A model generated the notes under the pieces. The model was not told where the DNA came from. It worked only from the letters and a program-made list of their open reading frames with translations, and made no database searches. Both the position numbers and the translations under genes were made by a program. A DNA stretch of 64,000 nucleotides. It comes from Turneriella sp. Its GTDB lineage: Bacteria; Spirochaetota; Leptospiria; Turneriellales; Turneriellaceae. Shown piece by piece: positions 28,794 through 38,121 of this stretch. The stretch's first letter is position 1. Each line of letters starts with the position of its first letter. The stretch is taken from contig CBDIID010000003.1 of NCBI GenBank assembly GCA_965279515.1, positions 3,072,001 to 3,136,000 on the forward strand, given 5' to 3'.

Positions 28794-30038
28794 TTGCCAA
28801 AACTCATTCCTTATTTTCTCATCACGTTTCTCAACATGGCGGGTTTCGCGCTGATTTTTCCCGTCATGCCCGAGATGCTTGACTACTTTCAGAAAACCGT
28901 ACCCGAATCGGGCCGCTGGCTCGATGCGGCGGCGAACCTGCTTTTTCCCGCGCAGGCGCCGCAGCAAATGCGGCTGGTTTTTCTCGGTGGGCTGATTGCG
29001 CTTGGTTATTCGCTGACCGCTTATTTTGCTTCGCCGCTCTGGGGCCGCTTATCTGACCGCTACGGCCGCCGCCCGATCATCTTTATTTCTACCGCTGGCA
29101 TGCTGGTGGCGACCGCAGTTTGGATCTTCTTTGCGGGGGCCGGTGTGTTGTTTTTTTCGCGGCTTTTTGCCGGTTGTTTTTCAGGCAGTTTGGGTGTGGT
29201 GAGCGCGGCGATTGCCGACGTCAGCAATGAAGAAGAGAAGGCCGAACGTATGGGCTACTTTGGCGCGGCCTTGGGTGCCGGTATGCTTTTGGGGCCAGTG
29301 CTCGGCGGATTGCTTTCGTTGCTCGAACTTCCGCTCTGGCACAAATATTCACACTTGGCCATCGCGACCTGTGTTCTTTATCTTGTGGAGCTCATGCTCA
29401 ACCGGCTTTGGACTCAGGAAACTTTGGAGAACCGGCAGAATGTGCGTAGCCGGCTACGCTTTTTTCCTGCGGTATTCTCACTGCCGGGCCGTGATTTCAA
29501 ATTGCTCTGGGTTATCTATGTTCTCTATTGTATCGTGTTTTCGGCGATTGATTTTGTCATGCCGTACTTTTACCGCCTCGAATTTTCACTCAGCCCTGCG
29601 CGCATAGCCCTGGTCTTTCTGCTAATCGGTTTTGTACTCGTGTTGGGGCAGGCGCTCTTCGCTGGTCCGGCTGTGAAGCGCTGGGGCTACAAACGCGTGC
29701 TTGTGCTGAGCCTTACGGCCATGCCGTTGCCGTTAATCCTCGTGGGATTTACTCCCCCGTATTTTCTTCTTTCACTCTTGGGCATTGTGCCAATTGCCCT
29801 GTGTGGCTCATTCTTCATGCCCGTGGTACCGGGACTCGGCACCACCATCGCGCCGCCCGATCAAAAAGGGTATTATATGGGTATTCTCGACGCGGGGCGC
29901 GCGCTGGCCTTTGCCATTGGGCCTGTCATGGGGGCCTTGCTCTATTTCTTTCTGGGGGCGAAAGCCGGCCTAATCGCTATGGCCGCAGTGATTTTGGTCG
30001 CCGCCTTGATCGCCGCAAGAATCAGGCAGTCTCGTTAA
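28794..30038 (+). CDS. MFS transporter (TetA/DHA1-like)
   Basis: Motif A WGRLSDRYGRRP; GMLLGPVLGG; about 12 TM segments. Confidence 0.9.
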   Translation: MPKLIPYFLITFLNMAGFALIFPVMPEMLDYFQKTVPESGRWLDAAANLLFPAQAPQQMRLVFLGGLIALGYSLTAYFASPLWGRLSDRYGRRPIIFISTAGMLVATAVWIFFAGAGVLFFSRLFAGCFSGSLGVVSAAIADVSNEEEKAERMGYFGAALGAGMLLGPVLGGLLSLLELPLWHKYSHLAIATCVLYLVELMLNRLWTQETLENRQNVRSRLRFFPAVFSLPGRDFKLLWVIYVLYCIVFSAIDFVMPYFYRLEFSLSPARIALVFLLIGFVLVLGQALFAGPAVKRWGYKRVLVLSLTAMPLPLILVGFTPPYFLLSLLGIVPIALCGSFFMPVVPGLGTTIAPPDQKGYYMGILDAGRALAFAIGPVMGALLYFFLGAKAGLIAMAAVILVAALIAARIRQSR

Positions 30039-30088
30039 CATAGCATGTTTCTCCAAGGCGATGCCGCAGGTTATCATTAGCTTGAACC

Positions 30089-31261
30089 ATGCTGTTTTTC
30101 TACGCCAATAGTTTTTTGACCTTGCTGATCGGCAACATGTTTGTCTATGCGATGATCATCTTTTCACGCGCCTCCAGTGGTTCCGATGCGATTGCCGGTT
30201 TTGTCTATGCGGGTAATCTCGTGCCGCCGCTGATTCTGGGGCTCTACGCGGGCACGTTGCTCGATCGTTTCCACCGCAAAACCGTGGTGATGATCGCGCA
30301 GACATCTTTTATTCTGACCGGTACGATCATGATGTGGCTCACGGCAAATCATTCCGCGGTTCTGACCCCGGTTATGCTTATTGGCGTGATGGTTATCAAT
30401 GGCATCGGTTTGAGTTTTATCATTCCCGGCCGCCTCGCCCTGCTCGGAGATCTTGTGCCGGCGGAGAAAATCCCGCAGGAAAGCATGAAGATTCAGATCA
30501 TGATTATGCTTGGCTTTGGTCTGGCGCCCTTTGTCGTCGGTTTTCTGCGCCGGCATTATGAATGGCCCGTGGTCTTCGGCACGATCGCGGTGATCTATGC
30601 GTTGGCTACTCTGCTGCTGATTCCCGTCAAAACAACGGCAGGTAGGCGCGATGCCGCCGAGTCACCGTGGGCGAGCCTCAAGCATGGTCTGCGTTATGTG
30701 CGCAGCCAGCCGATGATTCTGAGTCTACTCGCCGCAACCTATGTCGGGCTTTTTCTTGTAGGGCCGCTGCAGGTGCTCATGCCAGAATTTGCCCGCAGCC
30801 GCTTGCATCTCAACGATGCGGAACGCGGTTCGCTGATGACCCTGCTGGGTGTCGGGCTGCTTTTGGGGGGCGCCTTGGCGCAGTTTCTGGCGCACCGTTT
30901 GCGCCGGGGGCTAATGATCGTTTCGGGCGCGGGGGCTTCAGGGCTGGCAATGTTCTTTATTGCGGATTCGCAAAGCCCGGTTTTCGTGGCTGTGGCGCTT
31001 TGCCTGGCGGGTATCTTTGGTGGCCTGATGAGTACGCTGATACCTGCGGCGTTACAGCAGCATACGGCGGATGCCTCGCGGGGACGCGTCATGAGTATCT
31101 ATAACATCGTTTTCCAGAGCGCTGTGGGGTCGGCGGCCATTGGCCTGTCGCAGCTGTCGCGCGCGACCAATATCAGTTTTGCCATTCAGGCCGGTGGTCT
31201 CATGATCGTGGGCGGTGCCGCGCTGTGTTGGTTATTAAGACCACTGCGCACGCTACGCTGA
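30089..31261 (+). CDS. MFS transporter (DHA3-like)
   Basis: GTLLDRFHRK, LKHGLRYV, RGRVMS. Confidence 0.88.
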   Translation: MLFFYANSFLTLLIGNMFVYAMIIFSRASSGSDAIAGFVYAGNLVPPLILGLYAGTLLDRFHRKTVVMIAQTSFILTGTIMMWLTANHSAVLTPVMLIGVMVINGIGLSFIIPGRLALLGDLVPAEKIPQESMKIQIMIMLGFGLAPFVVGFLRRHYEWPVVFGTIAVIYALATLLLIPVKTTAGRRDAAESPWASLKHGLRYVRSQPMILSLLAATYVGLFLVGPLQVLMPEFARSRLHLNDAERGSLMTLLGVGLLLGGALAQFLAHRLRRGLMIVSGAGASGLAMFFIADSQSPVFVAVALCLAGIFGGLMSTLIPAALQQHTADASRGRVMSIYNIVFQSAVGSAAIGLSQLSRATNISFAIQAGGLMIVGGAALCWLLRPLRTLR

Positions 31262-31316
31262 CCCCGTCGCCGAAACAATTGCATTTACGATGGTGGTATG
31301 AAATTCCCTGTTGTGC

Positions 31317-32207
31317 ATGCTGCGCTGGTCTGCTCTGATTCTTTTGCTTCTGACCGCATCGCTTGCCGCCGATTCACCCGATGCGCAATGCGAGCCCAAT
31401 GCACTGATTGCTAAACCGGATTTTCAGGTTTCGGTGACGTCGGCCTACCGTGCGGCCGAGGGCGGCTATGAAGTTACCGTCAAAAATAACGAAAAATTCC
31501 CCGTCTATCTCGACATGCGCATGACAAAACTCGTGAATCTCACCTCGGCCAAGGGAAAATCTTTTGTTGTGCCGGTCGCCGCAGAAAGCGAAATCGTCGC
31601 CGTGCATCTGCGCGTGAGAAATCCTGCTTTGGCTGCCAATTTTAATTACACGTTCGACACCTATCTCAACGATGTGAAGAATACAAAACACAATCCCAAA
31701 ACCGAATACGAGCTGCCGTTTCAGGCGGGATTTTCGTCGCCGATTCTGCAGGGGTATCGCGGTAAGTTTTCACATAACACCGAAATTAACCTGCATGCGC
31801 TCGATTTTGGTATGCCGCGTGGCACGCCGATTCTCGCCGCGCGCGACGGCATGGTGATTGCCTCACGCAGCGATATGCGCAGCGGTGGGATCGATCCCTC
31901 TTTGTTGAATTCGGTGGATAGCGGCGGCAATCTGGTCATGGTGCTGCATGACGACGGCACTGTGGGTCATTATTACCACATGCGCTGCGGCAGTATTACG
32001 CTGAAGAAGGGCGACGCGGTCAAAGCGGGAGATACGATCGGCCTCGCGGGAGCGACGGGGTATTCACATCCCGATTACCCCCATCTGCATTTCGTTGTGC
32101 GTGTGCCCGATCAAAAGAATCGGTTCGGCCGTAAGACTGTACCCACGCTTTTTCGCACGGGCACAGGTGTGAAACTGTTAAAAGAAGGGGAGAGTTACAA
32201 GAAATGA
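31317..32207 (+). CDS. Secreted M23 family metallopeptidase
   Basis: Signal peptide; ALDF, GTPILAARDG, GNLV, YYHM, PHLHF. Confidence 0.88.
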   Translation: MLRWSALILLLLTASLAADSPDAQCEPNALIAKPDFQVSVTSAYRAAEGGYEVTVKNNEKFPVYLDMRMTKLVNLTSAKGKSFVVPVAAESEIVAVHLRVRNPALAANFNYTFDTYLNDVKNTKHNPKTEYELPFQAGFSSPILQGYRGKFSHNTEINLHALDFGMPRGTPILAARDGMVIASRSDMRSGGIDPSLLNSVDSGGNLVMVLHDDGTVGHYYHMRCGSITLKKGDAVKAGDTIGLAGATGYSHPDYPHLHFVVRVPDQKNRFGRKTVPTLFRTGTGVKLLKEGESYKK

Positions 32208-32212
32208 TCTCT

Positions 32213-34309
32213 TTAATTAAACCAATGCGGCGTTTTTTGCGCCCACTCTGAAGCGGCAAAGTTCTTGTGTAACAGTTGGAAAGCCCTTTTTGAAATCTTG
32301 CCTTTCTCCGGAAAGTCGCAACCATAACGTGTGACTTTCACAAGCCGGTGCAGCGCCTCGGCGAGCCACGGCGCCGTCGGTGTTTTTTCGGCGACTGGAA
32401 AAATGCGCTCGGAGAAAAATACCGCGGCATTGCCCGCGCTCATCAGTTTTTGGTATTCGCCGCGGCCGTCGGCAAAAGCGTATGGCTTGGTAATTTTTGC
32501 CGGATAGAGCTGTGTGAAGAACGTCTCATCGAGGCCGGCATAGATACGGTAGTGATCCCACCCGATATTTTCTTTTTCAGTGCCGCCGAGCTTGCACCAC
32601 CAGTTTTCACGGAACGAGTCGATGGTGTCGGTTGAGCCGTCGCGGCCGTGGTGGCCGGCCACATAGGGCACAAGGCCGGGATTTCTGAGCAGTGTCAGCA
32701 AAGTCTCTTCGTCGGAGCCTTGCTTTTCCAGGGTCTTCGCGATGTTGCGATCGTTAACGATTAGATACGCCGCGAACCTTTTTGCATCCGCCTCAGATTT
32801 GAGGAGTATGCTGCGCACCCAACCCACGCGGGCGATTTCGATCTTACCGGGCTTCGAGAGCGCGGGCGAGGCCATGAGTGCCTCATAGTCTTTGAGCGAG
32901 GCATGCTCGGTGAGATAGCGCGCTGCGTCGCTGTCGAAGCCGAATTCATGCTCAGGTTTCTGGTTGTTGACCACCAGCAATTTGCGTTCGAGAACCGCCG
33001 CGGCCTCGGCCAAATTCTGTGCATAACGCAGCTTCACGGCCTTCAGGGCATTCAGCGAACTTGTGTCGCCGGCTTTTGTGAGTTTTTTCTCCAGGGTCTC
33101 AGCGAGCTTCGCGTCATAGCGCAGCGCGAGGCGGTAAAAGGCGATCGTGGTAAAAGCGGGATGGTCCGCGTCGATGCGCGCGGCATCCGTAAGATAGACA
33201 TCCTTCTTCGGCGAGTCGGCACCGAGTTTCGAAAGCACGGCCACGAGCCAATGCGGTTTTTTCGTCTCGCCATACTTACGTTCGGCCATAGCAAGGGATG
33301 CGGCATCCTGCGCCTGAAAGTTGTAGATCCATTGGGCCAGATCGTTGCCTTCGCTCATCAGCTTCGCCTTGTCGCTGCTGGTATTCGACCATTTGCGCAC
33401 AAGATAGCGGAATTCATGCGCGATCTCGACGGGGTTGCCCGTGGTGAGCTCGGCGATCAGGTTACGTGCATAGGACTTTTCATCACGGCGCGCCGCGAAG
33501 AGTTTTTTCAGTTTCTGGACATTGGCCTTTACATTGGGATTGCTCACGGCGGCGATTGTGGTTTCAAGCAGCTTCTCTATCTCCGCAGGCTTGGGGCCCG
33601 CGCCCGCAGCGAATTCCGTGAAGGCACCGGTCTGGCGCATGCGCGTGCGCACCATCATGTAGCGCGCGACGTCGCGGTGCAGGGAATTGCCTTTTGCGAG
33701 CGCTTCAAAACCCGCATAGGCCTTGTCGTATTCGTCGCGGTAAAAATAAAATGCCGACTGCTGGTAGAGAAAATCATTCTTCACCGCCTGCGGTGCATCC
33801 TTCGCGGGTGGCGTCAGCTGGCCCTTTTTTTCACTGCAGTTGGCGAAAACGACGTCTTGATTCTTGAGCCAGGTTTTGCCGTGGGTTGACTTGGCGCGCG
33901 CCGGCAACAGTTCGCGCGCATAGTGCAGCGCATCGCCGTGGCAGTTGGTCACATAGCGGTATGTGCCCGCGGGTTTATAGGGGGTCACCTTTTCTGCCGC
34001 GGCATCGGGAAAGAACTCTTTGCGCGCTTTGGCCCAGAGCGCCTCTTCATCCACATCGGTTTTTTGCGCTTCCACAAGGGCGATCGCGCGTGCGGGGTAG
34101 CTGGAACCTGAAAGCAGGGGATAGACCAGCGTGAGGTAGTCAGATTTGAAGGTGGCAAGAACAATGCCCGGCTCGCGCATACGCGCAGCATAGCTGCGCG
34201 ACGAACCCTCGGCATCGATCATCGGTGATTTCTCGAAAAAAGGTCCGCAGGGATAGAGGGCTGTGTGTAGCGCGGCGACGACGGCGAGCGTTTTAGCGAA
34301 GGTTTTCAT
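32213..34309 (-). CDS. Large helical exported protein, partner of the DUF3142-like gene
   Basis: Leader followed by CGP; C-terminal AEALH...TRYGC...SKRAFQLLH...WAQKTPHWF. Confidence 0.7.
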   Translation of the reverse strand: MKTFAKTLAVVAALHTALYPCGPFFEKSPMIDAEGSSRSYAARMREPGIVLATFKSDYLTLVYPLLSGSSYPARAIALVEAQKTDVDEEALWAKARKEFFPDAAAEKVTPYKPAGTYRYVTNCHGDALHYARELLPARAKSTHGKTWLKNQDVVFANCSEKKGQLTPPAKDAPQAVKNDFLYQQSAFYFYRDEYDKAYAGFEALAKGNSLHRDVARYMMVRTRMRQTGAFTEFAAGAGPKPAEIEKLLETTIAAVSNPNVKANVQKLKKLFAARRDEKSYARNLIAELTTGNPVEIAHEFRYLVRKWSNTSSDKAKLMSEGNDLAQWIYNFQAQDAASLAMAERKYGETKKPHWLVAVLSKLGADSPKKDVYLTDAARIDADHPAFTTIAFYRLALRYDAKLAETLEKKLTKAGDTSSLNALKAVKLRYAQNLAEAAAVLERKLLVVNNQKPEHEFGFDSDAARYLTEHASLKDYEALMASPALSKPGKIEIARVGWVRSILLKSEADAKRFAAYLIVNDRNIAKTLEKQGSDEETLLTLLRNPGLVPYVAGHHGRDGSTDTIDSFRENWWCKLGGTEKENIGWDHYRIYAGLDETFFTQLYPAKITKPYAFADGRGEYQKLMSAGNAAVFFSERIFPVAEKTPTAPWLAEALHRLVKVTRYGCDFPEKGKISKRAFQLLHKNFAASEWAQKTPHWFN

Positions 34310-34997
34310 GGATGCGGGCGAGCATTTGGGTAACGTCTTCGCGACGCCAAGCACGATTGCTAAAGAGATAGTACGTCTTTGCCTGGGGCAAAATCGGGTA
34401 GATCTCGTAAGTGGCGAGACCCACGGCATTCTGGCAAGGGGAGTCTTGCGGCAGGGCGTGGCGCGCACCACTATTTTTATGCGAAGGGTCGAAAAGCATG
34501 GGGACGACTTCGGCAATGTCCAAGCCCGCGAGCCAGTAGTCGCGGCCGCACCAACTCGCCAGCGCCGTAACAGACAACCGCAGCTTGGGATTTTCCTCTT
34601 TAATGGAGTGTATTAGACTCTTGTAGAATTCGCGCTGCGAATGAAAGACTTCGAAGTCGAGCTGCAAGGCCTCGGCCCCGCTGTTGGTCACGAGTTGCCG
34701 TATGGCATCGAGAATCAGCCGCTGCTGTGGAATTCCATAGCTATGCTGGCGGTGTGCACGCACATGCAGCACGGGCAGGGTGGGATGCCCCCCGGGTAAA
34801 AGGAGCGGTTTTGTGCGCGGCCGGAACACCGGCCTTTTTGCACCCAGATCGATTTCGCCCGCAAAGTAGGCGACGCCGGTTTCGTTACCCAGAAAGCGTA
34901 AATCTTCGGGGCGATCCCATGCCCAGAGATAGATGCGTGGCTCGGCGGCTAAGGCCGAAACCGTAAAAAGCAAGAGGCCGATGCCGCGGCGCATCAT
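34293..34997 (-). CDS. DUF3142-like protein
   Basis: LWAWDRPEDLRFL, LQLDFE, LSVTALASWC, VPMLF. Confidence 0.75.
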   Translation of the reverse strand: MMRRGIGLLLFTVSALAAEPRIYLWAWDRPEDLRFLGNETGVAYFAGEIDLGAKRPVFRPRTKPLLLPGGHPTLPVLHVRAHRQHSYGIPQQRLILDAIRQLVTNSGAEALQLDFEVFHSQREFYKSLIHSIKEENPKLRLSVTALASWCGRDYWLAGLDIAEVVPMLFDPSHKNSGARHALPQDSPCQNAVGLATYEIYPILPQAKTYYLFSNRAWRREDVTQMLARIHENLR

Positions 34998-34999
34998 GG

Positions 35000-36277
35000 T
35001 CAATAGCCGTACTTTTCGCCCCAGAGTTTTTTCAATTGCTCGCGGATTTCGCGTTCGCGGGCGTTATTGCCGGGTTCAAAAAGTTTCGTGCCCATAATCT
35101 TTTCGGGCAGATATTCCTGCGCCGAAAACCCTCCGGCTTGATCGTGTGAGTATTGGTAGTCTTTGCCATAACCGATATCTTTCATGAGCTTGGTCGGCGC
35201 ATTGCGCAGGTGCAGCGGCACGGGCAAATTACCGGTTTCGCGTACCACATTCTGCGCGGTGTTGATCGCCGCATACGAGGCGTTGCTCTTGGGTGAGGTC
35301 GCAAGATAGGTCGCGGCTTGGGACAGAATAATGCGTGCCTCGGGATATCCGATCATATTCACGGCCTGGAAGCAGGTCGTGGCGACGACGAGCGCGGTCG
35401 GGTTGGCATTGCCGATATCTTCAGAGGCCGCAATCACCATGCGCCGCGCGATAAACAGCGCGTCTTCGCCACCCTCGATCATGCGCGCGAGCCAGTAAAC
35501 CGCGCCGTTGGGGTCGCTGCCGCGGATCGACTTAATGAAGGCGGAGATGATGTCGTAGTGGTTGTCGCCCGCCTTGTCATAGAGCACGGGATTTTGCTGC
35601 ACGAGTTCGAGAACTTTCGCGTCGGTGATTTCGATCGGGTCGCCGGCGATGCCATCGATCACGAGCTCAAATACATTGAGCAAACGCCGCGCATCGCCGC
35701 CCGAAAGTCGGAACAGGGCTTCGGTTTCGGCGAGCTCAATTTTCCGCGTTTTGAGAAAGCTGTCCTTTTGCATCGCGGTAGTTAATAACGAGAGTAAATC
35801 CGCCTCATCGAGATTTTTCAGAATGTAGACCTGGCAGCGCGACAAAAGCGCAGAAATCACCTCAAACGAAGGATTTTCCGTTGTGGCGCCGATGAGCGTG
35901 ATCTTGCCGGTCTCAACCGCGCCGAGCAGCGAATCTTGCTGCGCCTTCGAAAAACGGTGGATCTCGTCGATGAACAGCACGGGCTTCTCGGTAAAGAGCC
36001 CGCCGCCCGAGGCCTTCTCGATCACCTCGCGGATATCTTTGACACCCGAGTTGATCGCGCTCAGCGCATAGAAGGGGCGCTTCAGCTCGCCCGCAAGAAT
36101 ATGCGCGAGCGTCGTCTTGCCAACGCCGGGCGGCCCCCAGAGAATAATCGAAGGCAAATTCTTACTCTCAACCGCGCGGCGCAGCACAGCACCCTCGGCG
36201 ACGAGATGTTTCTGCCCGACATAATCGGCCAACGACTTCGGCCGCATCCGTTCGGCGAGGGGAATTGTGGATTTCAT
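35000..36277 (-). CDS. rarA: Replication-associated recombination protein A (AAA+)
   Basis: PLAERMRP, WGPPGVGKTT, DEIHRF, GATTENPSF, SAFIKSIRGSD, ASEDIG. Confidence 0.95.
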   Translation of the reverse strand: MKSTIPLAERMRPKSLADYVGQKHLVAEGAVLRRAVESKNLPSIILWGPPGVGKTTLAHILAGELKRPFYALSAINSGVKDIREVIEKASGGGLFTEKPVLFIDEIHRFSKAQQDSLLGAVETGKITLIGATTENPSFEVISALLSRCQVYILKNLDEADLLSLLTTAMQKDSFLKTRKIELAETEALFRLSGGDARRLLNVFELVIDGIAGDPIEITDAKVLELVQQNPVLYDKAGDNHYDIISAFIKSIRGSDPNGAVYWLARMIEGGEDALFIARRMVIAASEDIGNANPTALVVATTCFQAVNMIGYPEARIILSQAATYLATSPKSNASYAAINTAQNVVRETGNLPVPLHLRNAPTKLMKDIGYGKDYQYSHDQAGGFSAQEYLPEKIMGTKLFEPGNNAREREIREQLKKLWGEKYGY

Positions 36278-36522
36278 TTTGGTGTTGAGAATGACCGTAA
36301 CGGTATTTTCATCTGACCCCTCAAGCTATCTATTGTCAATTTTTCAGGGTTTCTCTCGGTTTTAGGCTGGAAGCCGCTGGGGAATTATGTCGCATTTTGG
36401 GTAATAGCCGATGGCAGAGTCTGTTTTTAGGGCAAATACGATTTGACGTAAGGTTCTCGCGGTTCGGTCGTGGGAAAATGTCGCCGAGTATTCAGGTTAG
36501 CGTGTGCATTAAGGAATTTTTG

Positions 36523-36807
36523 ATGCCACTTGTCAGAGATGTTTTGGTGCTGGGAAAGCAGGCGGCTATTGGGCCCGCTGCGATGAGCAGGGCATTGAAT
36601 TTTTTGCATGCCCGGAAATTTACATTGCTCAGCATCGAGGATGAAGTTATTGAGGGTGTTTTCATCAGGGATACGTTGCTCAAAAAAATTCCAGAACAAA
36701 AGGTGATTAGTCTCATATTGCAGCATGTTAAACCGACGATGCAGGAATCGGAGATTCTTAAGATCGATCTGGATGTAGAACTGCGTATAGAGGATGTATT
36801 CCTGTGA
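36523..36807 (+). CDS. Small hypothetical protein
   Basis: AAGGA RBS before ATG 36523; GTGA overlap with the next gene. Confidence 0.6.
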   Translation: MPLVRDVLVLGKQAAIGPAAMSRALNFLHARKFTLLSIEDEVIEGVFIRDTLLKKIPEQKVISLILQHVKPTMQESEILKIDLDVELRIEDVFL

Positions 36808-37874
36808 CACAAGCAGCGCTTTTGACGGAAGTTAAAAATTGTGTTTGCGTGAAATTGTTTGATCGTGTCGCCGAATGCACTGAGATTGAAGGTGACAGGG
36901 AATCTACACACTTTGTTGTGATGGCCGAGCACGGATTTGATAAAGTCGTCGCGCCTTCTGATTTGCCCCGCTTTCCGAATTTCCGGGTTTTTGCAGATAT
37001 CAAGCCGCGGAGCAAATGGGCCCTGCTGGAAAATTTCGAAGATGTAGAGAAAATCGATCGCTCAGGTTATTGCGGTGTAGTGCATTTTAACAAGAGCCAG
37101 GGGCGCCACGTGCTCTACCGGTTTCTTGATGAGGAAGCGATGTCTGTTGCCGCGCGGGTTGAGAAGAGTTACGAAGATTACCTGGCCTTTCTCGCCCACG
37201 AGTTCCGCAATGTTGCGCATGGAGTTCTGAAAATCAGCGAGGTTAATTTTATGAAATTCAATCCCGCTGAATTTTTGAAGGTCGTGGGCGAAAAAATAAC
37301 GCAACTTACCTCGGTTTACCTTGTACCGGACAGGAAAATGCAGTATGCCTCTGAGGCTTCGTATGCCACGAAGATTTCTTTGGCCCGATTCGTAAGAAAT
37401 GCCCAATTGATTGTGGAGCCGTCCGCAATCGCCGCTGGCGTGAAAATCTCAACCTTTGTTTGCGCAAGGGCGCATGAAAAAATCACGATCTCCGAAACTC
37501 ATCTTCTTCAAGCGCTCGTGAATTTGCTGCTGAACGCGATACGCTATGCCGGTTTTCATGCCAATGTGCACCTTAATGCCCGGCTGGAAACCGATGGGTC
37601 TGGTCTGGAAAGCGTATGCTTCGCCGTTTCGGACGATGGCCCCGGCATTATCGAAGCTGAACGCGAGAAAATATTCGAGAAGAAGTACCGCGGACGCGAG
37701 TCCAGTAGCGTCGCCGGCTCGGGTTTGGGCCTATCTATTGTGCAAGATATGGCGCACAGGGTTGGTGGTGAGTGCGGCGTAAATTCACCCCCTGAGCTGT
37801 ACCTTGTACAACCCGGAAAAGGTGCGGAATTCTGGATTCGTGTACCGTTAGCCCGGGATTTCAAGGTTGCTTAA
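36804..37874 (+). CDS. Soluble sensor histidine kinase
   Basis: AHEFRN H-box, NLLLNAIRY, DDGPGI, GSGLGLSIV; no obvious TM segment. Confidence 0.85.
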   Translation: MTQAALLTEVKNCVCVKLFDRVAECTEIEGDRESTHFVVMAEHGFDKVVAPSDLPRFPNFRVFADIKPRSKWALLENFEDVEKIDRSGYCGVVHFNKSQGRHVLYRFLDEEAMSVAARVEKSYEDYLAFLAHEFRNVAHGVLKISEVNFMKFNPAEFLKVVGEKITQLTSVYLVPDRKMQYASEASYATKISLARFVRNAQLIVEPSAIAAGVKISTFVCARAHEKITISETHLLQALVNLLLNAIRYAGFHANVHLNARLETDGSGLESVCFAVSDDGPGIIEAEREKIFEKKYRGRESSSVAGSGLGLSIVQDMAHRVGGECGVNSPPELYLVQPGKGAEFWIRVPLARDFKVA

Positions 37875-38061
37875 ATCTCTGCAGAACCTCTTCTAATCGC
37901 AGCGTCTGCATGGCGCCGACAGCATTCTCCCAGCGCCCCTCTGCACACAGCCCACTCACACCCGCAGCCTCATACGCCGCCTGCGCGGCAGCAATACAGG
38001 CATCGCGCACCACCGCAGCCAGCTCATCAGGGCTCAACTCTGATCGTAGTTTACCGGGCAT
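37861..38061 (-). CDS. Small conserved hypothetical protein (66 aa) whose start lies inside repeat copy 1
   Basis: MPGKLRSELS...VRDACIAAAQAAYEAAGVSGLCAEGRWE; I recall this motif from a small family often mis-annotated as acetyltransferase; backbone-like high GC. Confidence 0.7.
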   Translation of the reverse strand: MPGKLRSELSPDELAAVVRDACIAAAQAAYEAAGVSGLCAEGRWENAVGAMQTLRLEEVLQRFKQP

Positions 38062-38090
38062 GGGGTAGGGACGCGGGTGGAATCGGCGCG
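38042..38090 (+). repeat. Cassette repeat copy 1
   Basis: GATCGTAGTTTACCGGGCATGGGGTAGGGACGCGGGTGGAATCGGCGCG. Confidence 0.9.
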
Positions 38091-38121
38091 TAAAGATTGT
38101 TAGGGGGAGCCGCATAGATAT

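Noticed and set aside
32903..33889. 328-aa + strand ORF
   Set aside because: Antisense shadow of the 32213-34309 gene in GC-rich DNA, with no motifs. The same applies to most overlapping ORFs in the track, such as 11..337, 17066..17701 and 60756..61511.
38049..38090. Repeat as an antisense sigma70 promoter (TAAACT on the - strand)
   Set aside because: No -35 box at 16-18 bp and no extended -10; the hexamer is altered in several copies.
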